Origin: a virus
Lineage: Duplodnaviria; Caudoviricetes
Virus record (IMG/VR): IMGVR_UViG_3300028914_000062
Span: 1-64,000 of that record
Length of the DNA: 64,000 bases
Reading direction: 5' to 3' (one strand)
The position numbers and the translations under genes are program-made. The notes under the pieces were generated by a model. It was not told the DNA's origin. It worked only from the letters and a program-made list of their open reading frames with translations, and searched no databases. Below, piece by piece: positions 49,958 to 64,000 of this stretch; within the stretch, counting starts at the first letter, position 1, and the number at the start of each line of letters is the position of its first letter.

Positions 49958-52900
49958 TTATACGGGATTACGGGCAATATAACAGGACCCACCCTTTAAA
50001 ACTTTTGAATTATTGTCTAATGTTACTACATATATCGTAGCTCCTATCCCAGAGAAGCTAAGAGATACCTGTACTTCATTAGCCGCAATTAAACCAGAGG
50101 TTAGCCAAGTACTATCTAGACTACTTCCGATATCGGGCATTGTCGTGTTATATTTATATCTAACTTGAGTTGCTGTACCATAACCTGATAAACCTATTCT
50201 TGTTGAAGTGGTACTAGTAGAGCCCGCAACTTGCCACACCCCTAAACCAGAAGCCGGAACTGCAATAGTTCCAGACCCGCCTTTATAAGCCTTACCGTCT
50301 TGAAGTGTTACCACATAAAGAGTACCTCGACCATCTGGAGGATATGTCACGGAAAGTTCTCCGTTGCTTGTAATATGAACGCCGCTCCCTAGTGTCCACC
50401 CATCGTCTGTTAAAGTTGACGTTGTGGTTCCAACGAGAGGCATACTGTTAGCATTATATTTATAAGCAGCATCACAATTTGAAGCACCGGTAATTGCCAC
50501 CGTAACCGACAATGCGCTTACTGAGTCACGCAAAATAGCTAATCCTTGTGCCTAAGGAATAGTAATAGTACAAGACCCGCCTTTGGTTGCTTCCTAAGAA
50601 ATATTACGGGCCACGATCTATATCGTATTTCTAGACGAAGAAGGGAAATCAACTATAGCAATCACATTTGTATCAATAATTTGAGTCGAACATTGAGACC
50701 AGTCAGTGTCCGTAGTAATTGCGTCTCCTATATATGGGGGCAAATTCTAATATTTATACCATAAACTATCTGTTGTGGAAGCGTTCAAAACTTGTACTTC
50801 AGTTGTACTACTGCTTGCTGCAGAGCCCTATATGAGCTGTAATCCTGTTACATATTTTTTAATAGCCGATCCTCCGCCCCCAACAATAATTTTATCACTA
50901 TCGTTGTTTACTATAACCACATATACCATATCACCACTCTATGGCGGAAGGTCTATTTGAGCAGTAGCCAATCCCATAGATTTAATAAGCTCCGTATTAG
51001 ACCATGTACTATCAACATTGGTCCCTATATAAGGTGTAGAATTCGTATATTTATAATAAATTTTATTCACCACTTCAACCGAAGCATAGGGGGATAATTC
51101 TATTCTGACGTCACCATTTATCTGCCTAATATTTATATCGGTTGCCGGTATCGGATCAATTACTGTCGAAGTGTGTCCTCCTAGTTCCACTTGAGTTTTT
51201 GTACTATTCAATGTTACAACATATAAATATCGAGAGGAAGGAGGGGGAGATATACTAATTATAGATTCTCCGCTCGGCAGTAAAGAAGATGACTATGTTT
51301 GTTCCAGTGTCCAGCCACTAGGTGGCGCATCTCCAATATAAGGCATGACAGCATCACTGATATTAGCAGAATAATAATATGCAACCCAAACACTAGGCTC
51401 ACACGTTAAATGTACTTGAACCTTATTATTTTGAGTTCCGCTCTTAGTGACGGTCAAATCATTAGCTTTTAACTTAATAGTCGGAGGATTATTAGTGCCT
51501 AACTATACTACCATATTAGCGTTTACAGTAACAACCTAAACAGTCTAAATGCTTCCGGTGGGAAGATTAATTGTAATTTCTCCACCACTAACCGTAGCAG
51601 ATTGCCATCCACCACTTGTACTAATCGTTGCACCTTCACGAGGTCTGATACCTAGATAATTGTAATATACAAGGGGCCAAGAGTCACTTGTTGAGCTTGT
51701 TTTAGAAATAGTAAGATAAGCATGATTGTAATCCGAAGATACCCACGTTACCGTCAAGCCAGAAGCGTAAGGCGCCAGTGGAACAACTTGTGTAGAACCA
51801 CCATACTCTACCTTGTTTTCATCGTCCAGTGTTACTACATATAAATATTTAGTAGCATCTGGAGGGGATATAGAAATATACGTACCAGCAACACTTGAGG
51901 CAGTTTGTGTGAAATTCCAATCCGCAGATTGTAAATCACTTTTAGAGGTACCAGCATAAGGCATCACACCACTTGATAAAGTAGAATAATAATATCCTAC
52001 CATCGTACCAGGCTAACAGCCTAATAAAATAGTTACGGTTGTATCTGTGGTAACGCTCTGTTGTATTGTCATAACGGTCGGTAACAATTTAACTGTGCGC
52101 TAATTTATATTATTATCTGCTCCACTTGTAACTTCCAAATTAGCATTTGCTGTAACTAGCTAAATAAGATGAACTTCTCCTTCAGGAAGATCAATTACCG
52201 CCTCCCCATTACTTACTGTGGTAGATTTCCATCCACTAACATTCATTCCCACATATGGCTATGTACTTAAGTAATTATAATAGACAGTGGACAGAGATCC
52301 GCTCCCAGAATTTCTGGAAACCGTAAGATAAGCGTGAAGATAATCCGAAGAAATCCAAGTAACTGTTAAACCCGAAGCATATTGCGCAGGAATAATCTGA
52401 GCAAACCCACCCGTTTCTACATTATTTGACCTATCAAGAGTAACAACATATAAATATTTAGTAACAGTTGGCAGGTTATTGGTGATGTTAATTATGCTAC
52501 CATCTGGCACCGCCCCCGAAGATTGAGTCTGTGTGGATGTCCACCCAAGTAAATCAGCAGATGCTGTGCCAATATAGGGCATGTTTGTTATTGATTCTGT
52601 ATCAAACCATTGATATTTCACATTTACTGTTGAACCACAGTCAAATACTATTGTAATAGAAGTTGGCGTAGTAGCGCTTTGTGTTACGGTCAAATCATTA
52701 GCTTTTAACTTAATAGTCGGAGGATTATTAGTGCCTAACTATACTACCATATTAGCGTTTACAGTAACAACCTAAACAGTCTAAATGCTTCCGGTGGGAA
52801 GATTAATTGTAATTTCTCCACCACTAACCGTAGCAGATTGCCATCCACCACTTGTACTAATCGTTGCACCTTCACGAGGTCTGATACCTAGATAATTGTA

Positions 52901-54562
52901 ATATACAAGGGGCCAAGAGTCACTTGTTGAGCTTGTTTTAGAAATAGTAAGATAAGCATGATTGTAATCCGAAGATACCCACGTTACCGTCAAGCCAGAA
53001 GCGTAAGGCGCCAGTGGAACAACTTGTGTAGAACCACCATACTCTACCTTGTTTTCATCGTCCAGTGTTACTACATATAAATATTTAGTAGCATCTGGAG
53101 GGGATATAGAAATATACGTACCAGCAACACTTGAGGCAGTTTGTGTGAAATTCCAATCCGCAGATTGTAAATCACTTTTAGAGGTACCAGCATAAGGCAT
53201 CACACCACTTGATAAAGTAGAATAATAATATCCTACCATCGTACCAGGCTAACAGCCTAATAAAATAGTTACGGTTGTATCTGTGGTAACGCTCTGTTGT
53301 ATTGTCATAACGGTCGGTAACAATTTAACTGTGCGCTAATTTATATTATTATCTGCTCCACTTGTAACTTCCAAATTAGCATTTGCTGTAACTAGCTAAA
53401 TAAGATGAACTTCTCCTTCAGGAAGATCAATTACCGCCTCCCCATTACTTACTGTGGTAGATTTCCATCCACTAACATTCATTCCCACATATGGCTATGT
53501 ACTTAAGTAATTATAATAGACAGTGGACAGAGATCCGCTCCCAGAATTTCTGGAAACCGTAAGATAAGCGTGAAGATAATCCGAAGAAATCCAAGTAACT
53601 GTTAAACCCGAAGCATATTGCGCAGGAATAATCTGAGCAAACCCACCCGTTTCTACATTATTTGACCTATCAAGAGTAACAACATATAAATATTTAGTAA
53701 CAGTTGGCAGGTTATTGGTGATGTTAATTATGCTACCATCTGGCACCGCCCCCGAAGATTGAGTCTGTGTGGATGTCCACCCAAGTAAATCAGCAGATGC
53801 TGTGCCAATATAGGGCATGTTTGTTATTGATTCTGTATCAAACCATTGATATTTCACATTTACTGTTGAACCACAGTCAAATACTATTGTAATAGAAGTT
53901 GGCGTAGTAGCGCTTTGTGTTACAGTCAAATCTTTAGCTTTTAATTTAACGGTCGGAGGATTATCTGCGCCCTTTTGTACTTGCATACTTGCATTTACAG
54001 TTACCACTTGAACTGTATGAACCAAACCTGGAGGTAGCCCTATAATAGCCTATCCATCATTATCCACTGACGCATAAACCCACCCATCTGAAGTACTAAT
54101 CGTATCTCCTTCAAGAGGCGTTGTAACCGAATACTTATAATATACGAAAGTCACAACACCTCCACCAACTGGATTAACCGTTAAATACGCATAATTATAA
54201 TCCGAAGAGTTCCAAATGACTCGCAGTCCAGAAGCATAGGGTGAGGGGATCTACAGAACTTTTTGAGCATACTATTCTATTTTTAAAGTGTCTTCAACCT
54301 AAACACCTTTACTTATAATTGCAGCTCGTAAATTACTTTTCGCCAAAATTAATCGCGCAATATTATCTTCTGTTAAACTATTTTGGTCTAAAACTATTTC
54401 TGTAGTCGATGTATAACTTGAAGGAATCTCCAAAACTTTTTGAGCATATCCGTCTAATGTTATATCTCCGACTGAGACACCTTTAAATTCAATAGCAGTT
54501 TTTAAACTAGATTTCGCTGATATTATTCTTGTAATATTCTCTTCAATTGACACACATATCAC
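49958..54562 (-). CDS. Very large repetitive beta-rich tail/receptor-binding protein (~1530 aa, many in-frame TAG)
   Basis: Seven supplied ORF fragments share one frame; repeated YxYxxxMPYIG...LYVVTLD...GG modules; duplicated AKxxLxxAIxxKGV N-terminal motif. Confidence 0.75.
51450..53921. repeat. Tandem duplication, 2 x 1236 bp (412 codons)
   Basis: 51450-52685 matches 52686-53921; identical ORF translations offset by 1236. Confidence 0.95.
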
Positions 54563-54568
54563 CTCTGC

Positions 54569-55033
54569 TTATATAGCGGATAATTGAGTATCAATTACAC
54601 CCAATATATTGTCAACATATTGTTTTACAGCCTTGGCAGTAGGATATTGAGCATCGGTAGGCTAAGACCCAATACTGGTTACTTTATTGACAAGCAGCTC
54701 TACTCCGGCATAGGATATTGAGCTATTAACAGCAATCGTACCGTCCGCATCCTCTTCTCCTCCAATTTTAAACACAAGAAAGCTCATAGTGATTTGATTT
54801 TTATATTTAAACAAAACACCCTAGTCGCCCTCTTTGAAGGAATACTTGGACCCGTTCCTAACATTAGGAATAATGGAGCCGTTCTCTCCCTCATCGGACA
54901 GCATGCGAATATTATAGGTTCCGTCGTTATTTTTGGTAACAATCTCACATAAAGCTGTTTGATCCCATTTTTTAAGAGTCTACTAATTTAGTGTTTTAAT
55001 TGCACTAACCAGTTCAAGATATCCTGTTTCCAT
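54569..55033 (-). CDS. Putative baseplate/tail protein (several in-frame TAG)
   Basis: METGYLEL... open to TAA at 54569 when TAG is sense; lies in the tail module. Confidence 0.6.
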
Positions 55034-56310
55034 CACATGCTGCCCCCTTTTCTAGCAAAATTAAAATTATTAACATTACTTACTTCAAGTGACATTACAC
55101 CATCATAATTCAAATTGAAGTTCAATCCTTGGATCAAAAACTTCTCTTGGTTCAAATCAAAAAACTCATCGGTAATTGTCACCAAATTATTAACTGACAA
55201 CAGAGGATTAAACGGCACATTACCCAAATTAACCGTCGACTTCAGAATTAATATCTTTCTCAGTTCATACTGAGCTCTTTCGTCAACCAAATATTGTGCC
55301 GTTAAATTTCCATCTGATATTGGTGGTGCAGTTCTATAACCAATTCTCTAATAACAAAGCGGAGACTCCGCATTATCATTCACCGCAATCGCTTTATATG
55401 CAGCGCTTTCACTTGAACCACCAAGTACAACTACTCGGTTAGCCACATCAGTAAACTTAAAATCAAGACTTAGATTGTCGAAATCTCCGTGATCTGATCT
55501 TAAATTATAAAGCACCGGTTTCGAAGAGTCACCAGAAACTTCGTCAAGAGGAATAACAACCAAATGCCCCTCAACATCATAAAAACATTCAGCGCCCAAT
55601 TGCATAACCAGGTCATTAACGATATCTCCTATTGTATCGCCGGCTTCGTGACTAATCTTCGCACCGGTCTTTCTTCCCTTAAAAGAAGAATGATAAATCA
55701 TTGGAAGCGGGTCCAAAGGTCTACCATTTCCCTTGGGGAAAAGTAAACAATCCCGAAGCGCCGCTTCAATATCGGAGTTTTCTGGAATGGTATAACTTGT
55801 CTCAAGTGTACCAAGCTTTCCTTCGAGGATCGCGAATTTATCGGAACAATCCAACTGCGTATCAAACTTTGAAGCCGACTCTGTTGGATTGGCCGAGTTT
55901 ATAATATAGGTTCCTTTGGGGAACCAAATGGTGGACCCCGATAATAAGTCGAGGCCCACTTTTAAACCTACTTTGGTTTCCGCCCAAATCGAATTGATAT
56001 TGGGGGTATAACGCCCATCGACGTTATTTAAACCGAAAGAAAGAGATCGACGTTGGCCCGTTTGATAATTTTCAGAATAACTACCATTATCATAAATCAA
56101 TTCTTCTGGAATAATTTCATCCTCGGTCTCATCTTCATTTAACCAAACATAACGATATCGAGGGGTCAAAACAGAGTTTTGAATCGTCCTACGGATCATA
56201 TCAAAATCTGTTTCGGCATTAACATAAGTGTCACCAACCATCATCTATGCTACAAGCTTATCACCACTGGATAACTTGTAATAAGATGATCTTGAATTTA
56301 TAGTACCCAA
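55033..56310 (-). CDS. Baseplate hub / minor tail protein (in-frame TAG at 56245 and 55348)
   Basis: TTG start with AGGAGG RBS; QRRSLSF, DKFAIL, FYDVEGHL, NRVVV motifs. Confidence 0.7.
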
Positions 56311-56332
56311 GGCGATCCTCCTTTCTTTTTAA

Positions 56333-59300
56333 TTAATAATGCGTGCGATGAGTAGAAAAACGAGTGCCCATATGATTTGATGTAAAACGAGTGAAGTTCC
56401 AACATCCCGTCTAGCTAGGTACTGAGGTATTATATGCGGCACCTACACTTACGGCTACCGGAGTAGCAAGAGCACCGATACCAAATGCTAAACTTCCCGT
56501 AGGAGAGTTGGTGGCCCCTCCATTGGCACCTGGCATAGTTGTGTTGAAAATGGGTATTTGTCCAATCTAATTATTGCCAAAATTATAAAAACTAGGCATA
56601 GTAATATATCCCACAGCTGGCACTGGCACCCCCGTATTAATAGACGTGGCCTCAATTGTAATATTACTTGTGTAATTCAGATTGGCATCTTTTGAATAAT
56701 AATAATAGCCATTAAGTACGGTAAAATCACAACACAATTTGTCTACATTACCAAAAGGATTTTCAATACCACGATATTTACTAGGGAAAAAGAAATTTCG
56801 AGCCTAATATGGATTAACAGAGCACAAACTTCCTGTTGCCCCCAAAAGTATATCCGTACATCCTGCCACATAATATACTGGTGTAATTGAAGTGTAATCT
56901 GTAATGGTGGGACTATCAGTCAAATAAGCATCGAGATAATTATTATTTGGCACCATAGCCGCTATGGTAGAAACAAACCTATTCTATGGATTTGCAGTCG
57001 TATTAGCTGAAGAATTATTAAACGCAATATATGTGCCAGGCATTAACATTAGTTTATAATACTTACCACCGCCCGGTGACGCATTACTGCTGTTGGTAAT
57101 ATTTGGTTCGGTAATCACAATTTTTGGGTTCGAAGCTGTAGGCGTATCAATAGCCAAGGTTCTAACTCCAATCAAATAACCAGACAACGCCTCCTATATT
57201 CGAGTAATCCCATATTCGCCCATCATTAACAAATATAACATATAATGATCTGAATATTTATAGCCCACAAGCCCAGAGTGAGCATGTTCTATATCCATTA
57301 ATTTGTTAAAAGACTAATATTGAACAGGACGTTTTCCACTAATTGAGCGTAAATTACCATTATCATCACTTAATTCATACGCAGAAATAAATCCCATTGC
57401 AAAAGTTAGCTCTGAGCTATAATTATAATGCATATTAGAAACATTACAAATAGCATCTGCTATTGAGTCGTGACCGCCATAATGGTATGGGTAAATACAT
57501 ATTAAACTTATTTGTGCTGGCTATATTTTAGTAGCGGCTGTATTGTAAAATTGGAAATCTTGACTTAAATCTGAGGGGTTAAAATCTGCATAATAAAACA
57601 AAGGAATCTCAACAAACACATCTCCCTAATCGCCAACTACGCTAAAATATTTCTCCCCTTCATAAGCTACACGATTGTAGTATCCATTATTCCATGAGCC
57701 GCAACTTCTTTTAATCTCTGACCACGGATAGTATTTATCGCATTGGGTTAAAGAATGATGCTAAGCAGAAGAAATTCCGCCATAACTCCAAAGCGTTGCC
57801 CTTCTATTCGTATATACGTTTCCAGAAGGGGCGGCCAATAATGTACCTGTAATTGTCTTAAGCGATTTATTAATCTCTTGTATCTATATAGTCAAAGTTG
57901 GTTCATTAGAATAAAGAGATCTCGTAGTTCGCGACGAAGCAAAACGATACCCAAGAGAGTAAGTGTTTCCATCTGATAATCCACCACCAACACTATAAAA
58001 TACTATATCACCAATCTAAAATGGAATATCTTCGATGGATACAAAATCTGAAACAGTAAATGTTATTGGATTTCCCAATCCAATACTAGTAAGTGGATTA
58101 AAAGTGGTCGATGATCCATACTATTCAATAGATACAGTATTTAACTAAAATAGATTTCCTAGTCTCCAAGCGCCCGAGGTTCCACTTTGTGCATTAGCCC
58201 AAGCCTCTTGACTTTGAATTGCTAAGCCCGAAAATCCCCATTTAGTATTTAAAAATTGTAAATTTCTACTAAAGGTTAATCCCTATTCTTGTTCATATAA
58301 TTGTTGATGTTTATTAGGCCCCCAAAGCCATTGACATTCAATAATCTATGTATAATAATTAGAAGGCTCAATCGAACTATTATTCGATTTACCCCTAACT
58401 CTTAGCATATACTATTTACCTTCTGTAAACTATCCACTAAAACTACCTGTACCATCCTATTCGGGTAAGATAACCGGTGCTATTGCCGATTTAAGAGTCT
58501 TGGTAGGCGTCTCATAGCCAGTAATCTCTACATTATTAACGGCTGTTAGTGTCCACTCGTAGTAATCAGTTAAAGCATCGTTTTCAATAGAAAAGATAAA
58601 GTGATAAGAGTCTTCATAGGCTGGAGTTTCTAATTCGGTATTCCAGATGGTATCACCAATAAAAGCTGCGCCGTGAATAATCGGAGTGGGCAATTTAATG
58701 GTCTACATAACAGCCTGTCCCTGAGCGGTATCAATTGTATCATTCATATCCTGGCCCGTAATTAAAACATTATCACAACTTTCGATTTCTTGCCAACTAA
58801 AATTAACAAAAGAAGGCTGACATGGAACATTATCGTCTACTCTATCAGACATAGAAGTAAGCTATACAATATACTTATTACCCTTACGATCTTTCAACAG
58901 CTTCGGATTTTTTGAAGATACGAACCTGCGCCACGCTTTCAACATAGCAATAGATTTATTGCTTGTGGTTAATGGAGTGAAACGAGGCTCTTCATTATAT
59001 TCACCAGTGCAACGAACTAGTTCACTCCCAAGATAGCACGAAACAGTACCACTCATATAATTGCGCTTGCCCTGTGCCATCTTGTTATATTGAGATAAGT
59101 TTGTAACCTAATCTCGACCAACGTTCTAAGTATTTTCACCAGTCGAAACATTAAATCTAAATATCCACACACCAGATTTGTTTACCGTATATTCTTTCTT
59201 TACAGAAGGGATATCGGTAGTTGTTTCAGAAGGCAAAAGCTCAGAAAGCGACCAATTAATCATAGGAGTTTGAATAAGGGAAGTGTCTGAGGTCGTAGCA

Positions 59301-59782
59301 CTAGGATTAACTGCAGTTGTCGCAAAAACGGTGTCTTCCATATCTGTTGGATATGCAATATATTTATAAGTATGATTCGACGCTATGTTATAGTCTATAA
59401 TTTGAGGTGACTATACGTTAATGGCAACAGGATCTCTGTGTGTAACCACACCTGTCGCATTGTTTGCGGCAACTTCTTCACGATAAAACGAATAATGACC
59501 AGAAGTCTTAGAGACCCCAGAGAAAATACCAATGTTTGGAGTGGTGCGATAATTACCCGTTACAAAATTTAGTAAAGAAGACTTTTTGCTTTGTTCAATT
59601 AATTGCGAATATTGCCATTTATTTGGAAATGGTAAATGCGCACTATCATATAAATTGGAAGCAAATACATTTGTGCCAGAAGGCCATCCCTAAGCGTACA
59701 TATAATCAACATCCTATTTGGTATCATGCATATCTAAATTGTTATCGTGCCCAGACACTTTCCATGTTATATTTCTTGCCAA
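56333..59782 (-). CDS. Large tail protein (~1150 aa, about 25 in-frame TAG)
   Basis: No TAA/TGA found in frame by hand reading; VFVEIPLFYY, SAYE, YRGIENPFGN motifs of tail-fibre-like proteins. Confidence 0.75.
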
Positions 59783-59818
59783 GAAAAACACTCCTTTCTT
59801 TTAAAATTTTAATATATA

Positions 59819-62800
59819 TTATTGTATCGAACCCGTAATTTGACGCACTTCAATTTGTATTCTAGGTGTACCGGAATAACTAAATGTAGTAATTACAGGA
59901 TTGGAACTAATATCAGGATTAGAGCTTGATAAAGTAGATAAACTATCAATATCATTAATACGAATATCAAACCCATAACGAACCATTCCCCCACCAGCAG
60001 TAAACGCAATTGGAGGATGGCGTTTAACTACCGTAAAAGGTTTTTGACCTTCTGCATAGTCGGTCCAACGCTAATTACATACGACATTAATCTAGTTCTA
60101 AATAGAAGGATCGGTAAAATCCACGTCATTATTCTAACTGCTTATGAACCGGAAACGAATAAATTTAACCGCAACACCGTCAATAGTAGAGGGAATATCA
60201 AACGTATCTGCAGATCGCACTGAACGCGAAGAGGGGCTCCAGGTATTGTCTGATTTATTTACACCAAGATACGTATAATTCGCTCCATAAGCATAACATT
60301 GGCATTTATAATTAGAATAATATTGACTAATCATATTTACAGAAATATAATCACTCACAACATCTTGACTATAGGAAGCTGCGGATATAAGGGCTCCTGT
60401 GGTATATGATAGTGCCTTGCCATTACCCTCGTTATCAGTATTAGCAAACCTATTTAAACTATTATCTTCCCAAATATGAGGAATTGGATTGCCCCCGTTT
60501 AATTTCTTCACTCTTCCATATTCTTGTCTTTGAATTGGATAGGTAGTTGGAATCAAATCCACTTCATTATCTTCCCAAATCGAATCACCATTATTTTGAA
60601 TATCAGTAGGATCTAAAACCAAACAACACGGGTTAATAGGTCTCATACTATTATATGGAGTATCCATTGGTTGATAATAAACATTACCAATTTTGATTTT
60701 ATTAGCGTTAATATATTCATCGGTCGCTTTTGGCCACCCATCGCCCTCGGCGCTCAACTATACATTAAATTGACGATAATAATGGACATTCGGATTCTAA
60801 ATATTATAATCTCCGCCACTATCTCTCCAACAAGTGTACAGAACCGGAGCACCGCTTAAATCAGAAACGATTGCGTCATCTATGGTGCCAACATAACCAA
60901 TATTACATTTTAGAGTGTTACGAGCATTTTCTAATGTACCACTACCAAGAGCATCATAATTGAGAAATCGATCGGTTGAACTGGTAAAATCGTCAGGAGT
61001 AAATATATCTATTGCCAAATATGGGTTTGACGGGTCTGAGGTTTCTACCATAAACCTTAAAATTCGACCGCGATAATTCGCGTCTAGTCTAGTAACCATT
61101 CTAAAGGTTGTTGCACCACTATCATCAGTATATAATTGATTAGTTACAGGTGTTATATTTTCATTATATCCAAAATAATATTTATATTTAACTCCGTGTT
61201 CATTGGCATCGCCGTTAACATTTGCAAACATTGATCCGTTTGAGCCAGAAACGCGCATTTTATCACCGTTATAACCTAAAGACCCATCCTAAGGTGTATA
61301 AGCTATTGCAACAGTACCCGTCTCAGTATCATAAGGAAGAATATATCCCATATCCTAAAGTGACAAAATAACGCCGTGAACATTACAATCATATTTGGCA
61401 GTAAAATCAATTTCCAAATTTTCTGGAGTAAACATTGCATCAATCTATGCGCAACTCATAAGAGAATTTCCCAACTGATCTTCTACAACTAAAATCGCAT
61501 AATACCGTTGATTTTCCATGAGCCCATAAAATACAACATTCATTAAGCCAGAAAACTTCTTACCAGTGTCCTGAATAACGTCTCCGTTCTAATCGACCAG
61601 CATCCAGCGGTACGACATCCAAGAAGCTGCCTACGGCTGCGAATATGCGCCAACTAGAGAGATAAAACGAGTATGAATAATACCTGTATATAAAACAGGA
61701 ACAGTAAACTGTCCATCTTTGGTAGAAACAGTAATTTCTTGAATGTTGTCTTCACTAACTGTTGTAAGTCCATCCTGTATATATTTTCGTCCATTTTGAT
61801 CACCAATGGTCACCGTCCGTCCGCCAAACATTTGCCCCTGTTTAACGAAGAACGCTGCGGCAGGATCAAACGACTCTATTTTCATCCAAGCGATAGCAAA
61901 CGAAACGTTCGTATCCTGACTTGCTAAACTAATTGTTTTGCCACTAATAGTAACAATTTTATTAGCATAGGATAGGCCATATCTAATAGAAGTAGAGGTC
62001 AAATTTGCACTAACTGTTCCCTATGCTGTAAAAGGAGTTAATGCAACACTATCATAAGCTTTGATATATTTTTGAATACCGGCCCCATTACCCGAATAAT
62101 CACCAGGATAGTAAGCATAGAAAGTAGAATTAGGCGCCATAGAATCAAAATTAACACCATCTAAAACCATCGATATCTTCGAACGATTAACCGTTGCGCC
62201 TGTTTTTTTAAAATACCAAATTTCTCCACCTCTAGTATTTCCGTGTTTAATATATACAGAAATACCAGACGTACTTTCAAGATTCACAACGGGAGTGGGA
62301 TCAACTTTATAAGTAACAAGATCTTGAGTTATTTCGGTTACCTCGTAAATACCCCATCCGGCACCATAAGGATTATTAAATCGCCCAACAATATAGGTTC
62401 CTACTCCAATTGTATATCCATCAATAACAATACCACCAGAGGAGGGGCAGGTAGCGCCATCCCAAACATCTGCTGTATATGGCATTGTCTATAACTAATT
62501 CCCAGAAGAATATAAATAATCCACAGAAGGAATAGGAGTATTAGAATTGTCATCAAGAGCAGAAAGTGAGGCTGTATAAGTACCCAGTCCCTCATCGCCT
62601 ATACCCAATGCAACAGTGTTATTATTAACCTGTGTGCCATCGATTAATTGGCTCGAATAATTCGGAAGTTCAGCCAGATAATTAATACCGCCCTCAACAC
62701 TAGTGGCCACTAAATCGGTAGAAGCTGTAGATTCAATATTCAAATCAAGCGAAGGGGCATCATATGCGTAAAACGCTGTCTCGTCACTCGTATTAAAATA

Positions 62801-64000
62801 TGTTTGAATATTATAAGTATAAGGATCAACCGAAGGTAACGCTGCCGCTAAAGTCTCGTGAGTAATATACCACATATCTTTATCAATAGTATTAATTGTG
62901 ATATATGACTGTGTCTATCCATTTGCGAGTAAAACACCATCGACATTTGTAAAGAAGAGGCGTTGTCCAACTTCGAGATTTACATTTTGGCCAATATAAG
63001 TTTGCGAAGGAGTATTATAACTTAAAGGACTATAACAAAGATCATAAGTAACTGTAGAATAACCTTTATAGGTTTTGCAACCTCCCAACTCTCCTTGCGC
63101 TACATAATAATACTTATCCGACTCAAGATCTGCAATTTTAGTCCATGAAGAAGAGTTTCGTTGATAAATACCAGTAGAAGCTAAAATAATATCTCCTGTT
63201 TCAACACTATATCCATCTATCGTAGTATCACCACTACTGGGAGCTCCTGTAGTGGTTTTTCTATATTGAACAGTCTCTTGTAATTTACTAGGATACAAAA
63301 TAATAGGCTATTCTTCTGTAAAATACAAAGATGAGCTTGCCGAAAAATTTTGCATCAATGGAGTATATAATGTCCCACCGTAAGAAGCTTGAGACATATA
63401 ATTGTGACCAGCTGTTGCGGCAGTAGATCCACCAAGAGCTGCACTACTTGCGTAAATAATTCTCCCAAGATAAGAAGCCCAATCCTTAAAATTACCAGAG
63501 CGGCCCCAAGTAGTTGAGTCTGCTACCCATACACCATTATATTTAGCGCTAGAGCCCTGACCCATAAGCAATACTAAATCGCCCTTTTCAAAAGTGACAC
63601 TTGTATAGGTGGTTGTTCCATTATGAACCCATGTTTCGGTGGTAGTTAATCCACTAGGGGCACCGCCAGTAAATAAGGAACCGAGAAAAGCATATTTAAC
63701 AATATCGGTGGTCGGGATATCATCTTCGCTATTACTATGTTTATACACACAGCAATAGGTGGCTCGATTAGAATTTAAAATTTTTGCATCCATCCAATCG
63801 GATACGGGATAAATATGACCAAGGGTTGCATCATAACTTTTGATATTACCACGGGCACCCACAGCCTCATATCCGCTACCCGAAGAATAGGCTAACTAAA
63901 CCCATTTTTGAACCAGTACTTCATCAGTCGGCTCAATCTATAATCTCGAGGGTGTTGTGCCGCAAACTGTACCACTAGAAATAACCAGATCATATTCTGA
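59819..64000 (-). CDS. Very large virion structural protein, 5' end outside the window (many in-frame TAG)
   Basis: Seven supplied ORF fragments in the same frame, separated by TAG; ends at TAA 59819; GDLVLLMGQ...NGVW tail-fibre-like motif. Confidence 0.75.

Noticed and set aside
43637-64000. Fragmented nrdD, helicase, endolysin and tail genes as pseudogenes or sequencing errors
   Set aside because: The breaks checked are all in-frame TAG with no frameshifts or TAA/TGA; reassignment explains them

Overview
A 64-kb segment of a large tailed phage, probably infecting Firmicutes/Clostridia (consensus sigmaA promoters, AGGAGG ribosome-binding sites, Clostridia-type nrdD and amidase). Almost every gene is on the minus strand. 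The phage uses an alternative genetic code: TAG is read as a sense codon, most likely Gln (code 15). The fragmented ORFs in the supplied track join in frame across TAG into nrdD, a DnaB-like helicase, PhoH, an endolysin and very large tail proteins. In transcription order (right to left) the window holds: TAG-dense tail/baseplate genes and endolysin (47.4-64 kb); a nucleotide metabolism and replication block (GT2, nrdD, SSB, AAA ATPase, helicase, primase, PD-(D/E)XK nuclease, dnaE, recD2, clpP, phoH, dut); accessory genes; a tRNA/ncRNA island (17.2-22 kb); thyX, ligA, a putative replication initiator and origin, iscS and a dATP/dGTP diphosphohydrolase. Top finding: the amber-decoding tRNA (anticodon CUA) is split inside its anticodon by a 209-nt group I intron (21564-21850), so the tRNA needed to read the recoded lysis and structural genes exists only after splicing. 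Other highlights are a c-di-GMP-I-like riboswitch upstream of a SipW/TasA-type secreted protein, 15 copies of a promoter-plus-palindrome unit, an RlmN-like radical SAM enzyme inside the tRNA island, and several unexplained structured RNAs. All calls are by eye; no database searches or folding programs were run.
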